A stretch of DNA of 63,504 bases, filler included, from Eremomyces bilateralis CBS 781.70 (lineage: Eukaryota): the NCBI GenBank assembly GCA_010015585.1. It is 5 parts of 4 records of this genome, joined end to end, with 100 filler letters (N's around TTAATTAATTAA, not from the genome) between each part and the next. Parts side by side here need not be neighbours in the genome. Positions count along the whole stretch, not along the records: positions 30,949 to 51,013 come from ML975154.1; 4 more parts are not named here. One strand, given 5' to 3'. The position numbers were made by a program, and so were the translations under genes. A model generated the notes under the pieces. It saw only the letters and a program-made list of their open reading frames with translations, ran no database searches and was not told where the DNA came from. Below, piece by piece: positions 34,037-47,889 of this stretch; the stretch's first letter is position 1; every line of letters starts with the position of its first letter.

Positions 34037-37000
34037 GTCGAGGGTGCATGGAACGCGAACAGGGTGTTGTCACGTGATTTCACCACCTCCTTTTGGCTTG
34101 ATGGCGCGAAGGGAAGGGATGACGGGATGAAATCGTGTGTGGCTTGATCGAGATCGTGGATGAAAAAGTAATGGGTGAGAGGAAGTAGAAACTAGAAGGA
34201 TAGTCGGAGAATGAGCGATACCAGGTGTGCGTAGCTGTGAAAGCACTGATGGAGGATCTCAGATGGCGTTCAAGAGAGAGGAAACCTGTTGATTCAAGAG
34301 GAACCAAAAGATATCCTGAAGTGATAAACTTAAGCAAGTTCCGTAAGTGAGTGAAAGGTTCCGAAAGATTCCGGATGGATCCGCGAGATCGTGAGTAGGT
34401 AGGGGGTGTGGTGTAGTTCGTATAGGTGCACCCGAGCACAGTCAAAACGCTCTGTTCACGGCAGCCAATACCCCTACCTATTGAGGTCGGACGAACTGAT
34501 CTTAAGGCTGACTTTCTGCTGTCGAAACAGGAGAATTCTATTCGCCTTGGCAGTGGGCTCCTGGAGTCGGAGAACCAAGCAGAGAGCAAGACAAGGGGCT
34601 CGACACCCGGATTAGGACCGAGCGATTTCTGTATTTTACTACGATAGCATTAGCACCACGTCCATCCTATTCCATAGCGTGCATATCAGCGAGCACATCA
34701 GTGAGCAGAGCATTCGAATCAGATCAGATGGTTGCCGTGTCCCTTCCCATCGCGAGGCCGCGAGGCGGCGTGGCTGCCCGTCGCAATGATTGCGGTCTTG
34801 GTGATTTCCTCATCTTCTGACTCTCCTCGTCTTCACTCATCCACTCCTCAACCACACTGTACTATCAATTGTCTTTAAAAGTTTCTTCATCCACCTGTAA
34901 CTGTTTCCTTTGTCAAGAATACACTGGCGGACGCCGCAGCAACCCATGTGTTGTATCATAGGAGCTGCGATGATCTTCTGCGGCCGGACCTGGGAACGAT
35001 GGCGGGAGCGACGACGCCCACGAACCATCCAAGGTCGTCCACCCACGCCTCTCGATTTCGAATTTCGACCCACTCGACGAGATTATGTTCTCGACAACCA
35101 TACTTGATGGAGTAATCCTGCATTTGCACTCAAACAGGGGTACAGTGGCAGCTGACCGCAACTGAATGCTCATTCGAACGCAACGCTGACATGACGACTA
35201 GGAAAAGCACAACGACTCACCACGACCGAAATCCAACCGTATTCTAACAAATGGTATATGTCCCAAGCCTGTTCTATTGAGGGCTGCAAGAAACCAAGCC
35301 TCTAGGTATGTCAGCATCCGGATGCGATCATATGTATGACTGACAGTGGCCTATCAGCAGGTATTTTGCAGGACGACTTACAAGACAAGTCTATGATCCA
35401 AGAGGCAAAGGATGTGTCGGCAAACGCCTTTATCCAGTCGAAATCTGGACGGCATTAGCATTGTGATGGGCAATGTATAATACGGTCAATGAAAGGCTCG
35501 AAAGCCAACTGCAAACTCGTCCCAACTTGCACCCACAGAACCTACCAGACGAGAACCCGAACAAGCGCCACGAATATAATCCAAGTCTATCAGAGCGCCT
35601 CGAGTCTAGTAGAAGACTTTAGAAGAGCCAATGGTGTATTACGGTCGAGGGTGGTGGTCGACGTCGTCGTCGTCGGTGTGCGGTGACCCGACTCGGCCGA
35701 CGTCGATCGTCGAGACAACGTTCGCACGCAGAGGTCCGAAAACGCGTGGAGACCAACAATGGCGCAACAGAAATCGTGGAGAAGATGGAATCTCAGGATC
35801 GCGCTCGAGGACGTGGACGCATTGTCGCTTTCGTCGAGAAAGCGACTCTGGAAGTATACACGGCGCAACTAGCTCCACCTCTCGTTCACCCTCGTCAATA
35901 GCGGAGCGCTGCAATACCTCGCGAAGGAACAATAGTTGGCGAAGAAAAGAAGGATGAAAGATGAAGTTCGCGGCGAGATGAGACGTGTGGTTCGACCGTG
36001 CAGGGCAGCTTTTCCCCAACTTTCGCTATAATGTGGGGCTGGTCCAAGCCGCGGCACCACAGTGATCCGAATGGTCCGCCAGCGATTAGCGGCCTGGTTT
36101 GTGGAACAACAAAAAGAGGCAAAATGAAGACACAATGCGGCATGTAACCGACGAACGCTGTCCGATCACGATCAACGAAATCGGTATCGAATGTTGGACC
36201 CTTTCTAGTTCATCCCTCCGAACGGTTTTGATGGGATGATCAGATGGAGGACGAAGGAGGCCAGAACAAGAACGAACGAAACGGCGGGCACTTGACAGCT
36301 GTTAGCGACCAGAACCCCATGGCGTCAAAAGCCCTTGAATGCTTTCTGGACGCATAAGCACGGTCCCGTCCAAGGATCAGGGGCCTGATATGAAAATGCG
36401 GAGAGCATTAGCCCAACAACGGCGTAGTGGTGCGAGTCTGCGAGAAGGTTTAGAAAACCCCGCTGCACGTCGAATCCGGTTCGCCTGGCACCTGGGTATC
36501 AACGGCTGCTAGCTGGGCATTTTAGAGTCTCCCTGGGGCGGCCTGGGCTGGACCTGGGGTAAACAGGGCAAGATTTCTCGATGCCTTAATGGAATTGAGA
36601 CCAGGATGACGAGCTGCAAACATCCCCCTTTCAGTGGGCAACCCAACAACAACCCAATTCCCGGTGCTTTGAGGAAGGTGGCTGCAAGGTGGCCGTTACG
36701 TGCTCCAATTAGCAGACTTTTCATCCATCGTTGATCATTGGGCCCTCGCGGAGGACGAAGACACAGGATACACGACTCACCATATTACGCCTGCCAGGAA
36801 ATATCTCTCGCCTGCACACTCCCCGCCCTCCACCATCATCCAGGTGAGGGCATTGGCTTTCTTTGAGCAGTACGGCCGCAGGGATATCGTCTGTTGAGCG
36901 AAAGTATTGTGGATCCATTATCCTGCTCAGAACGAGGAGAATCCCGAATCGAGGAACGGATTTGCCGCCCTCAACGGTGCAGCATATCCTGTTCGCAATA

Positions 37001-40000
37001 GTTAAATTCGACGCCTATTAAGCATTCTTTCGCCATCTGATCGTCATCAGATGAATGAGCTAGAAAGACGCGATAGCAAGTGGTCGGGAGATGCCCAGAT
37101 GCCAGACCTTAGTGCTGCAGAGCCTGGTTGGACAAAATGCACACGATGCGGAACCTATCCAAAGCAGGACTAGCCTATCTTGCAATTCCCCTGTGTGGAT
37201 TACGAACACAAACTCGTTAGCTGAGCAATGGAGAAAGCATCACGCGGACCTACGCAGCGATCCAGGGTTTTGGTTACGCAACAGAAGACCATGCTGGTGG
37301 CGGCCATCCCTGCAGCCACTCTCTGATATTATGTCCTGCCGGTCCTAGACTACTTCAAGTCCAATGCGGAACATTGCTTAAGGAGAGGATACGATCGTCT
37401 CATGGGCCAGGATCCCTCCGTCCACGATGCCATCAGAGGGAAGGGTGGCCGGAGATCCTCAACGGCGTTGTTGACCTGCGGAACACTCACTCTGCAGCTG
37501 CTCTGGCCATCTCTCTGGATCCATGATGGCTACTCACCGGTTCCATGTCCTCTCACAACCTTTGGCCTCATCCTGGCAATCGAATTGACCCCGCACCAAG
37601 CAATGTATAGCGATATTGCAGCGTTGCGCTGTTCGTATACGGGCCGGTCGTGCCTTACGATGGAGCTCCACCTTCGTCGTGTTTCTGCCATGGGATTGAA
37701 TATGTCTACGGTGACATTCAAGCTTACGATTTCTCCAGAGCTGAAGGGATCTGTCATCGACAGCTTTCGATTCTCTACAGTACGCTAGCGTTATGCATTC
37801 GAAGATGCTTCCTCGTAACATAACTATTCGTTTGGACTGGTTCCACCTCTGGTGTCCTCGGATTCCTCGACTTTCTCATCCCAACTTGTATGGACGACAA
37901 TGTTAGCCTTGTGCTTCAAAGAAAAGACGCTGGCTCGAATCCATGGGTATCGAGGGCACGCGGAGCATCACTCACCTTTAACCCATTGTTTGTTGTTTGC
38001 CAAAGTGCTCGGACGAAACGATTATGCTGTGTCAGTCCAGAAAATGGCCGCCGTCGGATCATATGCGCTTCGTCTCGACTATTGTTCCATGTCGGCAGAT
38101 CTTTATGAGTGTTGCCTTTAGAAAACACAGGAGTCGTTCCTTCGCATAAAGATCTCGTTGGAGTCGAGGTCGAGCGGCTGAAGATACGACTCGGATCAGC
38201 TATCTCAACTTATGACAAGCCTCGAAGCCGCAAAGTACCTTTGTGATCGACTCGGCATCCCCATAGTATTCGCAAGCCATCCGCTTCTGGGACTCAACGA
38301 ACGCTTGACATCTCTTCCTACGCTCGTCTCGGACAGCTCGATCCCTTTCCTTAGGATCGGCGATGTGAGGTGGGATGCCCCATTCCGTCTCCCCGGCTCG
38401 GAAGCAGGCTATCTTTTTCACTGTTATAATTCTCGTCAGCGTACGATTGAGACGATTGACTGACTGACCCCATTGGAGTTCTATCAGCGCAGGACCCACG
38501 TGGAGTTGGTGCGTTCATCGAACATGGCAGAATGAGGCTCCTAGGACTGAATGATGGAGCTGTCAGTGATGGAGAAGTCGAGTACTTACAAAGCGATCGG
38601 ACGTTTTTGCATCCAAGCTTAAATATAAGCTTAGATTCGATCAAGGCTCGTCGAGCCTTGCGAGGTCGGGTGGCTGTTCGAACCTTCTGAGCCATTGTGA
38701 CTCACTGTTAGTGACGTCGGAGTGGTTACGTTGAGCCTGGGGGCTGTTGATGGAGGTAAGGCTTTGAATTGAGACCGGGTTCCTCAAGAGGCGAATTTGC
38801 TGAACGGAATGGGCGACAACAACCAAAGTCTGCAGTGTGAAGGCTGGCAAGAAATCTATCTATACCCACTGGAGGATCTGTCAGTCGTTGAGTTTGTCCA
38901 GCATTCTGGGAAAGCACAGTCCTGCACCGCTGCCGACCGAAACCCAGGGGTACATGGGAGAACCACTGGAGAAACAGTGACTGACGAACTGGAATATGGA
39001 GAACATGACCACGACTCTAGAATCGAGGCTGAATGAGGCTCGAGATGGAAGAGATGATGAAAGTGTATAGATGGGCTTATTGGGATGTGATCGGTCTTGT
39101 GAATGGGGAGGTGTTGTCTTTCAGTGGCGTCCGGGAGGACCAGCACGAATTCTTTGACCTCACTAGCCTCTGGGGTACGGTTGTACCCACCTCTTCCCAT
39201 AATTGCTAGCATGCGGAATCCTTGTTCTTAGTAGCTTGGTTGAGGGAGGATGTCGGTAATGGGATGGGATGCTCGTGAGAATGAGTGCGGATTTTGGACA
39301 TGCAGTGGTGGTTGTGCGGCCTTCGAAGGCAGTCTTGCTCCAGGCTCCTATTCTGAATTACCGACAGCACCGTACACTGGCTGACTGGGACTTCCACAAC
39401 AAGGACTTGGTATTTGCCTCAGCAAAATCCTTTTTCACCTTTCTAAAGGCAACTCCAATTGGGACCCCTCCTTCATCGGCACGGACGATCTGATGGGAAG
39501 ATCTTAATGGCCCTGAAGCATGTCCAAAGATGTCGAACGATCTGGATTGTTCCCTTCTTACCTCATATCCCCGCTCTTGAGATATGTCTTGACCTCCGGA
39601 AGCATTCCTACCGGGCCTCGAAATCTCTGGATCGCATGGTCATTCGCTTCTTAGATTGGAAGGAATTCCTGCTCCAAAGCAGAACCTCAGGGCGTCAGAA
39701 ACTCCGAATCCTACGGTCGCTCCCTTCCCAAAAAGGCTAGTAGTTAATGGTGGTGAAGGATACCAAGCAGCTCGAAACTCCAATTCTATGGTCGCTACCT
39801 TCCTGGACTGGAAGAAATAGCTAGCCCTGAAGCATACTATCAGGCTAGCAAAAGCTCTGAATCTCCCAGTCGCTATCATCCTGGAGTACACAGTGTTAAC
39901 GATCCTGGAGCGTACCCCCAGTACGTCGAGCTCTCTCAATTGTACGGTGGCAATCTTCTAGGCTAGAAACTATTAGTGGTCCTGAAGCTTATCTGCAGAG

Positions 40001-41685
40001 CGCCTGAACCTCTTGATCGCTACCTTCTCTACTCATATTCCCAGTCTCGACGTAAGTACTGGCCTTTCTTAGTTCGGCAAGTCGATAATACATGTGCGAC
40101 TTCTGTTCACGCAGACTGGAGGAGGAAGTCGAAGATGAAACGCCGTCAAGTTCTTCCACACCTAGAGCACGAGTTTTTGAGTCCCACTAGCCGCCCCCTG
40201 TTCTGCGCCACGATCGGAATTACCACCCAGCTCACAGTTCTGCGTAATCATCGGCTCTGAATCGCCGCTTAACCCCTGAACACGAGAACTAGATATGGTT
40301 CTGAAGACATCGACTTGCTCGGCTTGAGACACACTCTGATCGAACTCTTTCTCAGGTGCACTGGGGTGCTAGACACTTCACTGCTTCGAAAAAGGGGGTT
40401 CCGAGCAGGATGACCATTTTCACAGCCCCTGTACACGCTTCGATAATACCGACACCCCCTGCGACATCTCGGCGTCCCGTCACTTCTGCCCTCCATGCAG
40501 AGAAGCACCGATGAACCACACCGAACACGAGAGGTATATATCCCGCACTACAATGAGTCAAGAAATTCATGTCACAATCCCTTGTGCAGTGTCTTCGGAA
40601 CAGGACAGACAGACAGCCTTGCGATTTAGGCCTCCAGTTTGGAGGCGCTCCACCCCCCTGCTCCCCACGGTCCTCCCTCGGACCCATACCTGATGATGGA
40701 GCCCCAGCTCCCAGGAGCATGCTCCCAACCACGCCAACTCCGCCTGTGACCGCACAAGCTCCAGAAGACAAGACCCTCTGATGTCGTGGGCAACCGCAAT
40801 GCGCCCACTTCACGCGCGGATGCTACCACTGCACCGATGTGCCGAATCGTCTGCTTCGGGGGGAGGGGAGGATGAAGAGCCACGGGATGAATGCAAGAAG
40901 GAATGTGAAGCGTTCATAGAGGCTCAGAGCCGTCCGTCGACAGATGATGCCGAGTCAATGAAGACGGTGCCACATATTCGGAATAGAATAGACAGACCAG
41001 CATGTAAATCGGGCAGCAGGCAATTATTACAATGGGGTCAGTGGTCAATGCATGCCATCGGATCTACTTGATCCTGGGATGGGAGGGGATGGGAGGGACA
41101 TTTCTATTGAGCACTTGTATGGTGTTCAGGAGGGCCAAAGTCCATGGGGCCGAAGACATGGATCTTGTATATTAGACCAAATCACAAAATGGCATTCGGC
41201 ATAGCTTTGAAGACATCACGACTGATCTTCTATGAGACCAACCAACCACCATGTGCATCAGGAAGAACACAGTTTATCTGAAACTGCTTTTTGATTGGCG
41301 GATTCTAATGTACATCTGTGACCGAAAAACCAGGATGATATCATCCTCCGAGACTCATGCAATGGGCTGTCCACCTTACTATACGGACTTTACGACGCAT
41401 CGTAGAGTCAGGTAGGGAGACAGACTTCTATTAGCAGGAATAGAAGATGGAACTGCAGACGATGCCTGTCAAGGCGGGTATCCCTGGATCCATGCAATGA
41501 AATCGACGCTTGTTCCCGAACGTGGAAACCCGAACCCGTGTGAAAGAAAACCCTTATAGTCCTATACAATGCGGATCGCGATGCTTGAAAGAAAGAAGGG
41601 AGGTATTCATAGCCTCGTGTATGTGCTGATACATTTGTGTGAAAGGCACAGCGATGTCAACCACCGGATGCGCAATCGACCTGGA

Positions 41686-44600
41686 TCAAACTTGATCGTG
41701 GCGGTAGGTGCATTCAGAGCCTTTGAGACACCTGCCTTCTGCGAAAAACCGGCATGATTGAGTGAACTTCTTTGCCGGGTTGCCGGCGGGCTTGAACTTC
41801 TTCCTTGCCGGGTTTCCCATCCCATCATCCATCTCCGGCTCTCGAGGGCGTCGTCGACTTTCCTCTTCATGTGCCGGCGGCTGGTTGTAGTTCGTCTGAT
41901 AGTAGGGATTCGCACTGTAATACTGCTGTTGATACTGTGCGGAGTATCCCTGGGCCCATGGATTCTGGGCCTGAGCGTCTTGCTGCTGTTGAGGGCCAGT
42001 CGGTGTGCTGGCTTTCAATTGCTCTAGGAGCGCTGATACCTCTGCAGAATTCACGCCACCCGTAGTTGCAGCTCCGGTTGCTGTTGGTGCACTTCCCGAT
42101 GTCGCTTGAGCATTCGAGTAATGGGATTGGTCATATGAAGGCGCCACAGACGCTTCAGTCGAGATGTAGCCGTGGTTTCGAAGGTCGGCGAGCAGGGAAT
42201 TCAGATCAACAGCAGGGGCGGGGGTTGGATCTTGAGGCGCCGCGCTTGAAGATGAGTTAGGTGCGGCGAATCGCGCAAAGACTTCTTCCAAGCTGGCTTG
42301 CTGTTGTTGCTCCTGTTGCTTCGATTGCTGCTCTCGATCTCTTTCCTGTTGTGCTTGCTGCTTCTGGTATTCGGTGGAGACATAAGTCTGACGACTTCGA
42401 GATTCGAACCAGTGGCGACGAGAAGCTTCATGGTGGTCCGGGGCCTCGGGCATGAGTTCCGACGGAGGAAGATATCCCCTCTCAACTTCACGATTCTGTG
42501 GATGTCGTTAGCAAAACAGTAGTTCAGTCATGTGCGAAAACTCACCACTACCCAGTCGGGGAGCTGCATGGAAGCAGGTTCTTTGACATTCTCACCGGCA
42601 TCTTGCTTGCGAGGTTCGCGAGGTGTAGGAGGGATGTCGGAAGGATCCAGGTAGTGCACCAAGAGTGTTGTGGACTCTCGATGATTCTGCTCTTCGTCGT
42701 CTGGAGAGACTATGGGTGTTTTGCCACCGTAGATGGTCGTGTTTTTCTCTGCCGCCTCTTTGGGAAGCACCGAGTAGTCAATGTCTAGATAGGGGAAATA
42801 GTCAGTGCTCAGATCCAAAGCGATAAGTGCAGGGTAGTTCGTACTCGAAGGCGTGGTCCACTCCCGAATATCCTCCTCCTTCGGCAGATCTAGAGCTTCG
42901 GCCATCGCCACCTCCTCGTCAACATCAACATGTCGTTTCAACACTTGACCTTCACTCCTCATGTCATTGAGATCGACGTCCATGTTTGTATCGAGGCTTC
43001 TCTCGGAAGGATCGCTTTTGAACTCACGGACCGCTACGAGCATCTCATCCACAGGCCAGGACACGCGAAGATGACGTCTTGATTCCTTTCTCATTCGCTT
43101 AGCCTTCTCTTCAGGTGTCTCCGGAGGTCCCTCGGGCTCCTTCTTTGCAGGTTTTTCCACCACCTTTTCCCTCGTCAGCTCCTCCATGGTATCTCGAAAT
43201 GAGAAAGCTGGTTTGGACGGGCCCGCTGGTTTCTCAGGGACCTTACTGAGGTAATGGTTAGCATGGGTGAATTTCAGTTCAATGGCATTACTCACGCGAC
43301 AAATGTATCCCTTTCCCTGTCCTTAGCAGTAGCAGCGGGAGTAGCCAAAGCTGATGGTTTTTTCGATGCCGACGAAAGTGACGTGAATAAATTTGGCGCC
43401 TTCGCCATTGCTTTTGCTTTGACAGCATTGGCCAATTTTGAGCTTCCCGGTTCACCATCCTTCCCTGATAACACAGCTGCTGATCGCTTCACTGGAATTA
43501 CGCCGGACTTGGTTGCAGCAGCCCTCCCACTGAGCATTGACATATTTCCAGCCTGTTTGGGCCCCGAAAGTGATGCACTGACAGAACCTGGACCATGCTT
43601 TACAACTTTGGATGGGCCAACACCAGATGCTTGCACTCCAACCCCTTTGGTTACGGTCGACATTTTTGATGCGCCAGATGCGAATGGTGTCCCTTGAACA
43701 TGCTTGGCTGAATCACTATCAAGCGAGCGCTTTACTCCAGCGACGGATGGGGCTGCCCTCACGATAGTGGCTGGCTTGGTGGACACCGGTGGGTTGGATG
43801 GAGTAAGGGCATTAACCCCATCATTGTTGGCCATCGTCGGGGAGCCAACAGACAACTTACTCTTCCTTGCAACCTCCAGGATACTTTGTGCCAACTTCTT
43901 CGTCTGCTCATCTCCCTTTTTCTCGATCCTGGCCATCACCTTGTCCCAAGTTTTGCCAGTTCCTTTTCCTGTGGTGACTTCTCGTGATATCGAAGGGCTT
44001 CGTGCAAGTAGCTAGACCATTTTCTAAATTAGTAACCAAGTCCAGTGCTTTAGGAAAAAAACCTTACCTCCAATGCAGCCTTCAGGAGACCACCGGCGTA
44101 GTCATTCTGGTTCACACGGTCGGCCATGAAAGAGAGGAACAAGGTAAGGAAGGAAGCATCTGTCCCAAATCTAAAGTAGAAATTATAGTCAGTTACAGAT
44201 CATCATAGCCAACACACAGAAGCCATCTCGCGACTCAGTACTATATCGTGTACTCGCCACATAACTCCAGACCTCTCTAGCATTGAACTGCACAGCTTCT
44301 TGATCCACAGCTGTCCAGGACAAAGCAAAGGAATACGATGGGCGGCAGTGTGAAAACTGGTGAAAGCACTTACCTCGAGATGATTTGCGGGTGGCCATGT
44401 TCCTGAGCAGCCTTAAACGCCACCTCAAGCTGATTCCGTTGAAAATCCACTTTGGATTTGATGCTAGCCTTCAGGGCATCAGTAGCAGCAGCATCGTAGT
44501 CGCCCTTGTCCTTCTTCCAACGATCACGGATGGCACTGATGACCACCCAGTACATGCCAAGACACCCTCTAACCTCTGCGCCCGTTAATGGCTGCCTCTT

Positions 44601-46398
44601 CGGCTTCCATAGCGCTTTGATGGTGTCATATTTAATAGCTTCCAGCGGCTCCTTGGGACGTTGACCAGGCAAAGGGGATACCTCCATTTCTTCAACCGAT
44701 TCAGGTTCCGAGTCGTCACTGCTCTCATCCGACTGCTCCGAGCTCTCGGCGTCTTCGGACTCAGAGGCAGCGATCTGTCCAATGGGTTTGGCACCCTTCT
44801 TGGCCTTTTCTATGGGAGATTTACTGGCTACTGCAAGATCAATGTTAGTTTTCAAGTTCAAGAAGAAAAATAACAGTGAAAGCGTGTATCTAGGGATGAA
44901 TGCATGGGTCACGTGCTGAGGTGCTCGAACCACATATCGATTAGGGGCACACTCCCTACACGTGCTTAAGCCGTAACACACGGGCAATTGAAGGAACTTA
45001 AATCCACCTACCTGTGGCGCTTTTGAGGGCATCGACACTACTACCTTTGATCTTCGCAGCCTCTGCATAGGAGAATCGCTCCTTCTTCAAACTATCCGAC
45101 TTGATCACACCTTGGAAGAATTAGTACGGGTTGAAAATTTGACATGTTAGGGGAGTGGACACCCTCACCTTTTGACCAGCTCAGCTTAACCGTCCCAGTT
45201 AGGATGTCAGCGAACTTCATTATCTTCTCCACCTTCCGATCCTGTGGAAGGTCAATTTTATCAATGATAGAGAACTGTTTCCTATCTTTGGAGAACTGTT
45301 TCCCCACTTGGTGGCTCTTCGGAACTCTCACAAAAGGGGCGAGAGTCTCCTGCGATTTGTCGGATACCGCCGCCGATATCTCACCCTCAGCACCCAACGT
45401 TGTGCGTCCCGGTGCCACTTGGGCACCTGTGAATTGTTGGTTTGGGGTGACGGAAGGCGACAGAGAGGAGCCGGAGGGCATGATCATTGCATATTGCTGG
45501 GGATTCGTCATCTGCGGAGCAATGGTGCGCAAGTTGGTCGATGTCATCGACGGCACCGGGTTTTGCTGTTGAATACGGACATTGCTGCTGCCCGGTGGGG
45601 GTGTGGCCTGGGATCCAGCGCCGGACAGTTGACTGGGAGTGAATGCCCGTGAAGGGCCTTGTGCAATGGACAGATGGTTTTGATATGGACTGCCATGGCT
45701 GAGAGCTTGAGATGCAGTCAAGCTTCCGTCTTTCTTGAAGGTCGGAGGAAGCTGAGATAGGGATGCTGTCTTTTGAGCAGGAGATCCATGTGAAAGTGAT
45801 GGGGAGCATCGAGCGTCATGCTGTGCAAACGGACTCGATGTTCGCGGCTATCTAACTGTCAGTATGGAGAACTCAGGGGGTGATCACGTGATCATACCTG
45901 TTGCGATTGGAGCTGCCCGACAGTCGCATGGTTCGGGTAAACGTTGGAAGATCCGTTGGATTGAAAAGCAGTCAAATCATTTGAATCGTCCAGGACTGAC
46001 GGGTGTTGGTAGGACGGCTGCTGGTAGGTTTCGAAGTGGCCACCCTGAGCGGCTTGAAGCGCATATCCAGTCGACGATCCATACAGGGATGGGTCCACAG
46101 CAGCATCAACATGAGAAAAGGGAGAACCAGACAGCGTAGGATCGCTGAATTGATTTGGATCATGAGGTAAGAATCCTGAGGAATAAGGCACCGTATGGCT
46201 ATACTGCCCTTCGGTTGAAGACGGTTGCTGATGAGGTTGCTGATGCGGTTGCCATATTGATTGTTGATCGTTCCAGTTCAAGTTATCTTGATACAGCCCT
46301 TGACCATATCCTCCCTGAAAATTGTTCTCAGTGTTGGGAAAGGTATTATTGAGCAACAAATCATCTCCTGTATAAGGAGGGCCATGATCTGAAGCCAT
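41686..46398 (-). CDS. PNUTS/Ppn1-like PP1-targeting protein with C-terminal CCCH zinc finger (multi-exon)
   Basis: Chain of minus-strand ORFs joined by GT-AG introns; helical TFIIS-N-like segment near 43900-44200; RRHLRVSW (RVxW at 43056-43067) followed by LVAVREF; terminal CRFFAEGRCLKGSECTYRH. Confidence 0.75.
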
Positions 46399-47889
46399 GG
46401 CTGCAAGTTGGTGTAGGGGTCGATCGATGCCGGGTTGATGTTTTACCGAAGTTTAAGCGGGTTGCGGAGCGAAAGGATGCAGCCCGTGGAAGAAAAGGAC
46501 TGAAATGTTGGGTCCTCGGCGGACCGTTTGCGCGTAAGTCGCCAAACCACTTTTCACACAACACCAAAATGCCCTAACACCCAGGCAACGTCCAAGTCGG
46601 TCCTGGTGCCAATTTGATGCGTCGGACAGGCTATCCAGAGGGAACCTTCCCTGTCGAAGACGCGATTCTCGGGCTCTCCAGCACACTCCTCCACGGCACG
46701 ACCGTATGCACCAAGTCGACTCGACAGGGACCACAGGTTTGCTCCTGTGAGCCCGTCGTTGGGTTGGACGATATTATTTCGGAACTCCGAGACAGGACTA
46801 TGCCTTCTCTGATTTCATACGATGCTTTCCTCACAGGAAGTTAGAGCGCCTTAATTCTCAGAAAGCAGACCTGTGCCTTGGGCTCTGTGCCTACACGATG
46901 TCGCGGCCGCAACCAAGCAGTCCTTTAGAACTAGAATGACGGCTTCACTAACATCGGCGCTGCATCCCGCTCCCAGGGAATGCAGATGGATAGCACGATC
47001 TTATGGTTCGTCCTTTAGAAGTCTTAGACAACTTCAGCAACGAATTTATGTTGGGTTTGAGCTCTCCTTGGCTGCAGGAATGAGTGAGAAATGAGTCCTC
47101 CACGGCCATGCAACCCCAACCTCACAACCTCGATTAACGAGTACACACCTCCATTCACGAGTCTGGGGCTTCCCAAATCAGCAGGAGAAAGGGATTTCAA
47201 GAGTTAGGGTTGAAAGAGGTCACTTTAAGGCACTTAGAGGATGGTTTGGGACGAGTTTTCGATGGAAAATGTTGATGAAGCTCTCCAGAAGTTGGGAGAT
47301 TGCGAGGAGCAGGAGACTCGTTCTTGGTGGAGCGGTCACGTTATCTCGTCGTTGCTTGGCAGATATTACTTAGTCATTCAAGTAGCATGGATTGTAATGT
47401 ATGAGAGGCTGAGATAAGTCTTGGTCCCTGCGTTGCTATGCAATCCAGCGATTGTTGCAGTGGCCAGAATGGCATATCTGGATCTTGTCAGTTTTCAATG
47501 TATGACTACTAGAGAATAATAATTTGTTGTTTAAACAATGGCAATACTGAAATGTTCCTAGTATGGGAAGAGACGAGTTGAACTAACCGGAAGTATACAT
47601 GATCCAAAATAATGGGGGATGATGTATTGATTCCTTGTTGCCTTGCTACCTTATTTCCTCTCTATCCAAGATCCAGGTATCAACGCAGCGTGAACTGCTA
47701 CGTAACTGAAGTTGAAGAAGAAAGGGACACCTCATACGTCTACTCTGTGACCATTCATTGCCTACGGAGCTTAAAAAGTACAAGCCAGCTTCAATTCAGA
47801 GCTATGCTCTTTAAATTCAGATAGCCAATCCACAAACACATGTCGGGAACGCCTGATTGAACATCGCGATCGAACGAAACATGTCCGAC

